Part shown: in pieces, positions 63,349 through 64,000 of the stretch
Layout: every line of letters starts with the position of its first letter
How positions within the stretch are numbered: position 1 is the stretch's first letter
Origin: Thermoplasmata archaeon
GTDB taxonomy: Archaea > Thermoplasmatota > Thermoplasmata > Lutacidiplasmatales > UBA184
Reading direction: 5' to 3'
Length of the DNA: 64,000 bases
NCBI GenBank assembly: GCA_022750115.1
Contig: JAKIWI010000004.1
Span: 97,939 to 161,938, forward strand
Program-made: the position numbers and the translations under genes
Notes under the pieces: generated by a model
Databases searched by the model: none
Seen by the model: the letters and a program-made list of their open reading frames with translations, nothing else
What the model was told of the DNA's origin: nothing

Positions 63349-64000
63349 CTAGATGGCGAGTACGGTCTTCCCGCGAAGCTTGCCCTGGCGACTGGCCTCG
63401 AGGGCATCCGGGGCGGACTCGAGCGGGACCTTCTGCTCCACGGGGATCCGGAGCCGACCCTTCGAGTACTCTGCGGAGAGACGGTCGAGGAGCTCCACCT
63501 TCGGCTGGAGGTCGATGTTGATGCCACGAAGCTCTCGGGCCGCCATCGCCTCCGGCGTGACCGCGCCGATCGTTGAGGCAACCGTCCCGCCCTTCCGAAC
63601 CAGTTCCAGCATCGTGTCAAACGGCGGCCCGCGGTTCACGACGTCGATGATCGCGTCCACGCCGTCGGGGTACGCCGCCTTCACGTCGGCGTGGAACGAC
63701 TCGGAGGTGAGGTCGTAGAACCGCATCGCGCCGAACTTCAGCAGGTAGTCCCGGTTCGGTCCTCGGGAGGTGGCGATCACGTTGATCCCCTGGTTGGCCG
63801 CGAGCTGGACCGCGAACGAGCCAACACCGCCCGACGCCCCAACGATGAGCAGGGCCTGGCGCTTCCCCAGGCCGATCTCGTCGAGGGTTTGCAGCGCGGT
63901 CATCCCCGGCATTGGAACGGCCGCCGCCGGGTCGTTGTACATCCCTCTCGGGCGCACCGCGATGGTGTTGGATTCGGGGACCACCGCGAACTCCGCGTAG
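63349..64000 (-). CDS. MDR-superfamily NAD(P)H:quinone oxidoreductase/alcohol-dehydrogenase-like (C-terminal part; N-terminus beyond window end)
   Basis: 'LIVGASGGVGSFAVQLA' Rossmann motif; the ORF has no start within the window. Confidence 0.6.
   Translation of the reverse strand, partial: YAEFAVVPESNTIAVRPRGMYNDPAAAVPMPGMTALQTLDEIGLGKRQALLIVGASGGVGSFAVQLAANQGINVIATSRGPNRDYLLKFGAMRFYDLTSESFHADVKAAYPDGVDAIIDVVNRGPPFDTMLELVRKGGTVASTIGAVTPEAMAARELRGINIDLQPKVELLDRLSAEYSKGRLRIPVEQKVPLESAPDALEASRQGKLRGKTVLAI

Noticed and set aside
1-64000. tRNA, rRNA, RNase P/SRP RNA genes and CRISPR arrays
   Set aside because: No conserved T-loop/anticodon-arm-like segments, rRNA signatures or regularly spaced direct repeats seen by eye. 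A covariance-model scan (tRNAscan-SE/Infernal) would be needed to exclude small ncRNAs, especially in 29743-30036 and 50816-51027.

Overview
The window is 64 kb of a high-GC (roughly 68-70 %) archaeal chromosome, densely coding on both strands with many 4-nt start/stop overlaps. Evidence for an archaeon: a complete A/V-type ATP synthase gene set (K, E, C, I, H, D, B, A, F); ribosomal proteins L37e and S15P; recurrent TATA-like 'ccgTTAAATAgg' boxes about 25-30 bp upstream of apparently leaderless starts; a class II ribonucleotide reductase; gyrA next to a RecJ-like DHH gene and rps15; a partial PolX. I found no rRNA, tRNA or CRISPR array by eye.

Housekeeping genes called: nrdJ, rnz, folP (with an N-terminal extension), gyrA, trpS, carAB, mpg, ssb, rps15 and rpl37e (missed by the ORF track because it is under 60 aa). 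Many long ORFs in the supplied track are antisense or alternate-frame read-through artefacts typical of high-GC DNA; I called genes from motif content.

Most interesting items:
- an oxidative-folding module: two tandem paralogous membrane-anchored thioredoxin-fold proteins (CPFC/CPYC) flanking a VKOR homolog;
- an ATP synthase split into two convergent operons (K-E-C and F-A-B-D-H-I) rather than the single H-I-K-E-C-F-A-B-D order I recall as typical for archaea;
- a same-strand GH15 / GT4 / HAD cluster downstream of nrdJ that looks like disaccharide (trehalose-like) metabolism;
- an AT-rich islet encoding a lysine-rich internally repeated mini-protein with its own promoter;
- a pair of tandem paralogous ~115-aa proteins followed by a protein-like ORF with no canonical start;
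- a start-less zinc-ribbon ORF out of frame behind the acidic tail of gyrA;
- a surface glycoprotein with three tandem repeats and dense N-glycosylation sequons.

Coordinates I derived by hand rather than from the ORF track (polX start, rpl37e, the zinc-ribbon ORF after gyrA, promoter boxes) may be off by 1-2 nt.
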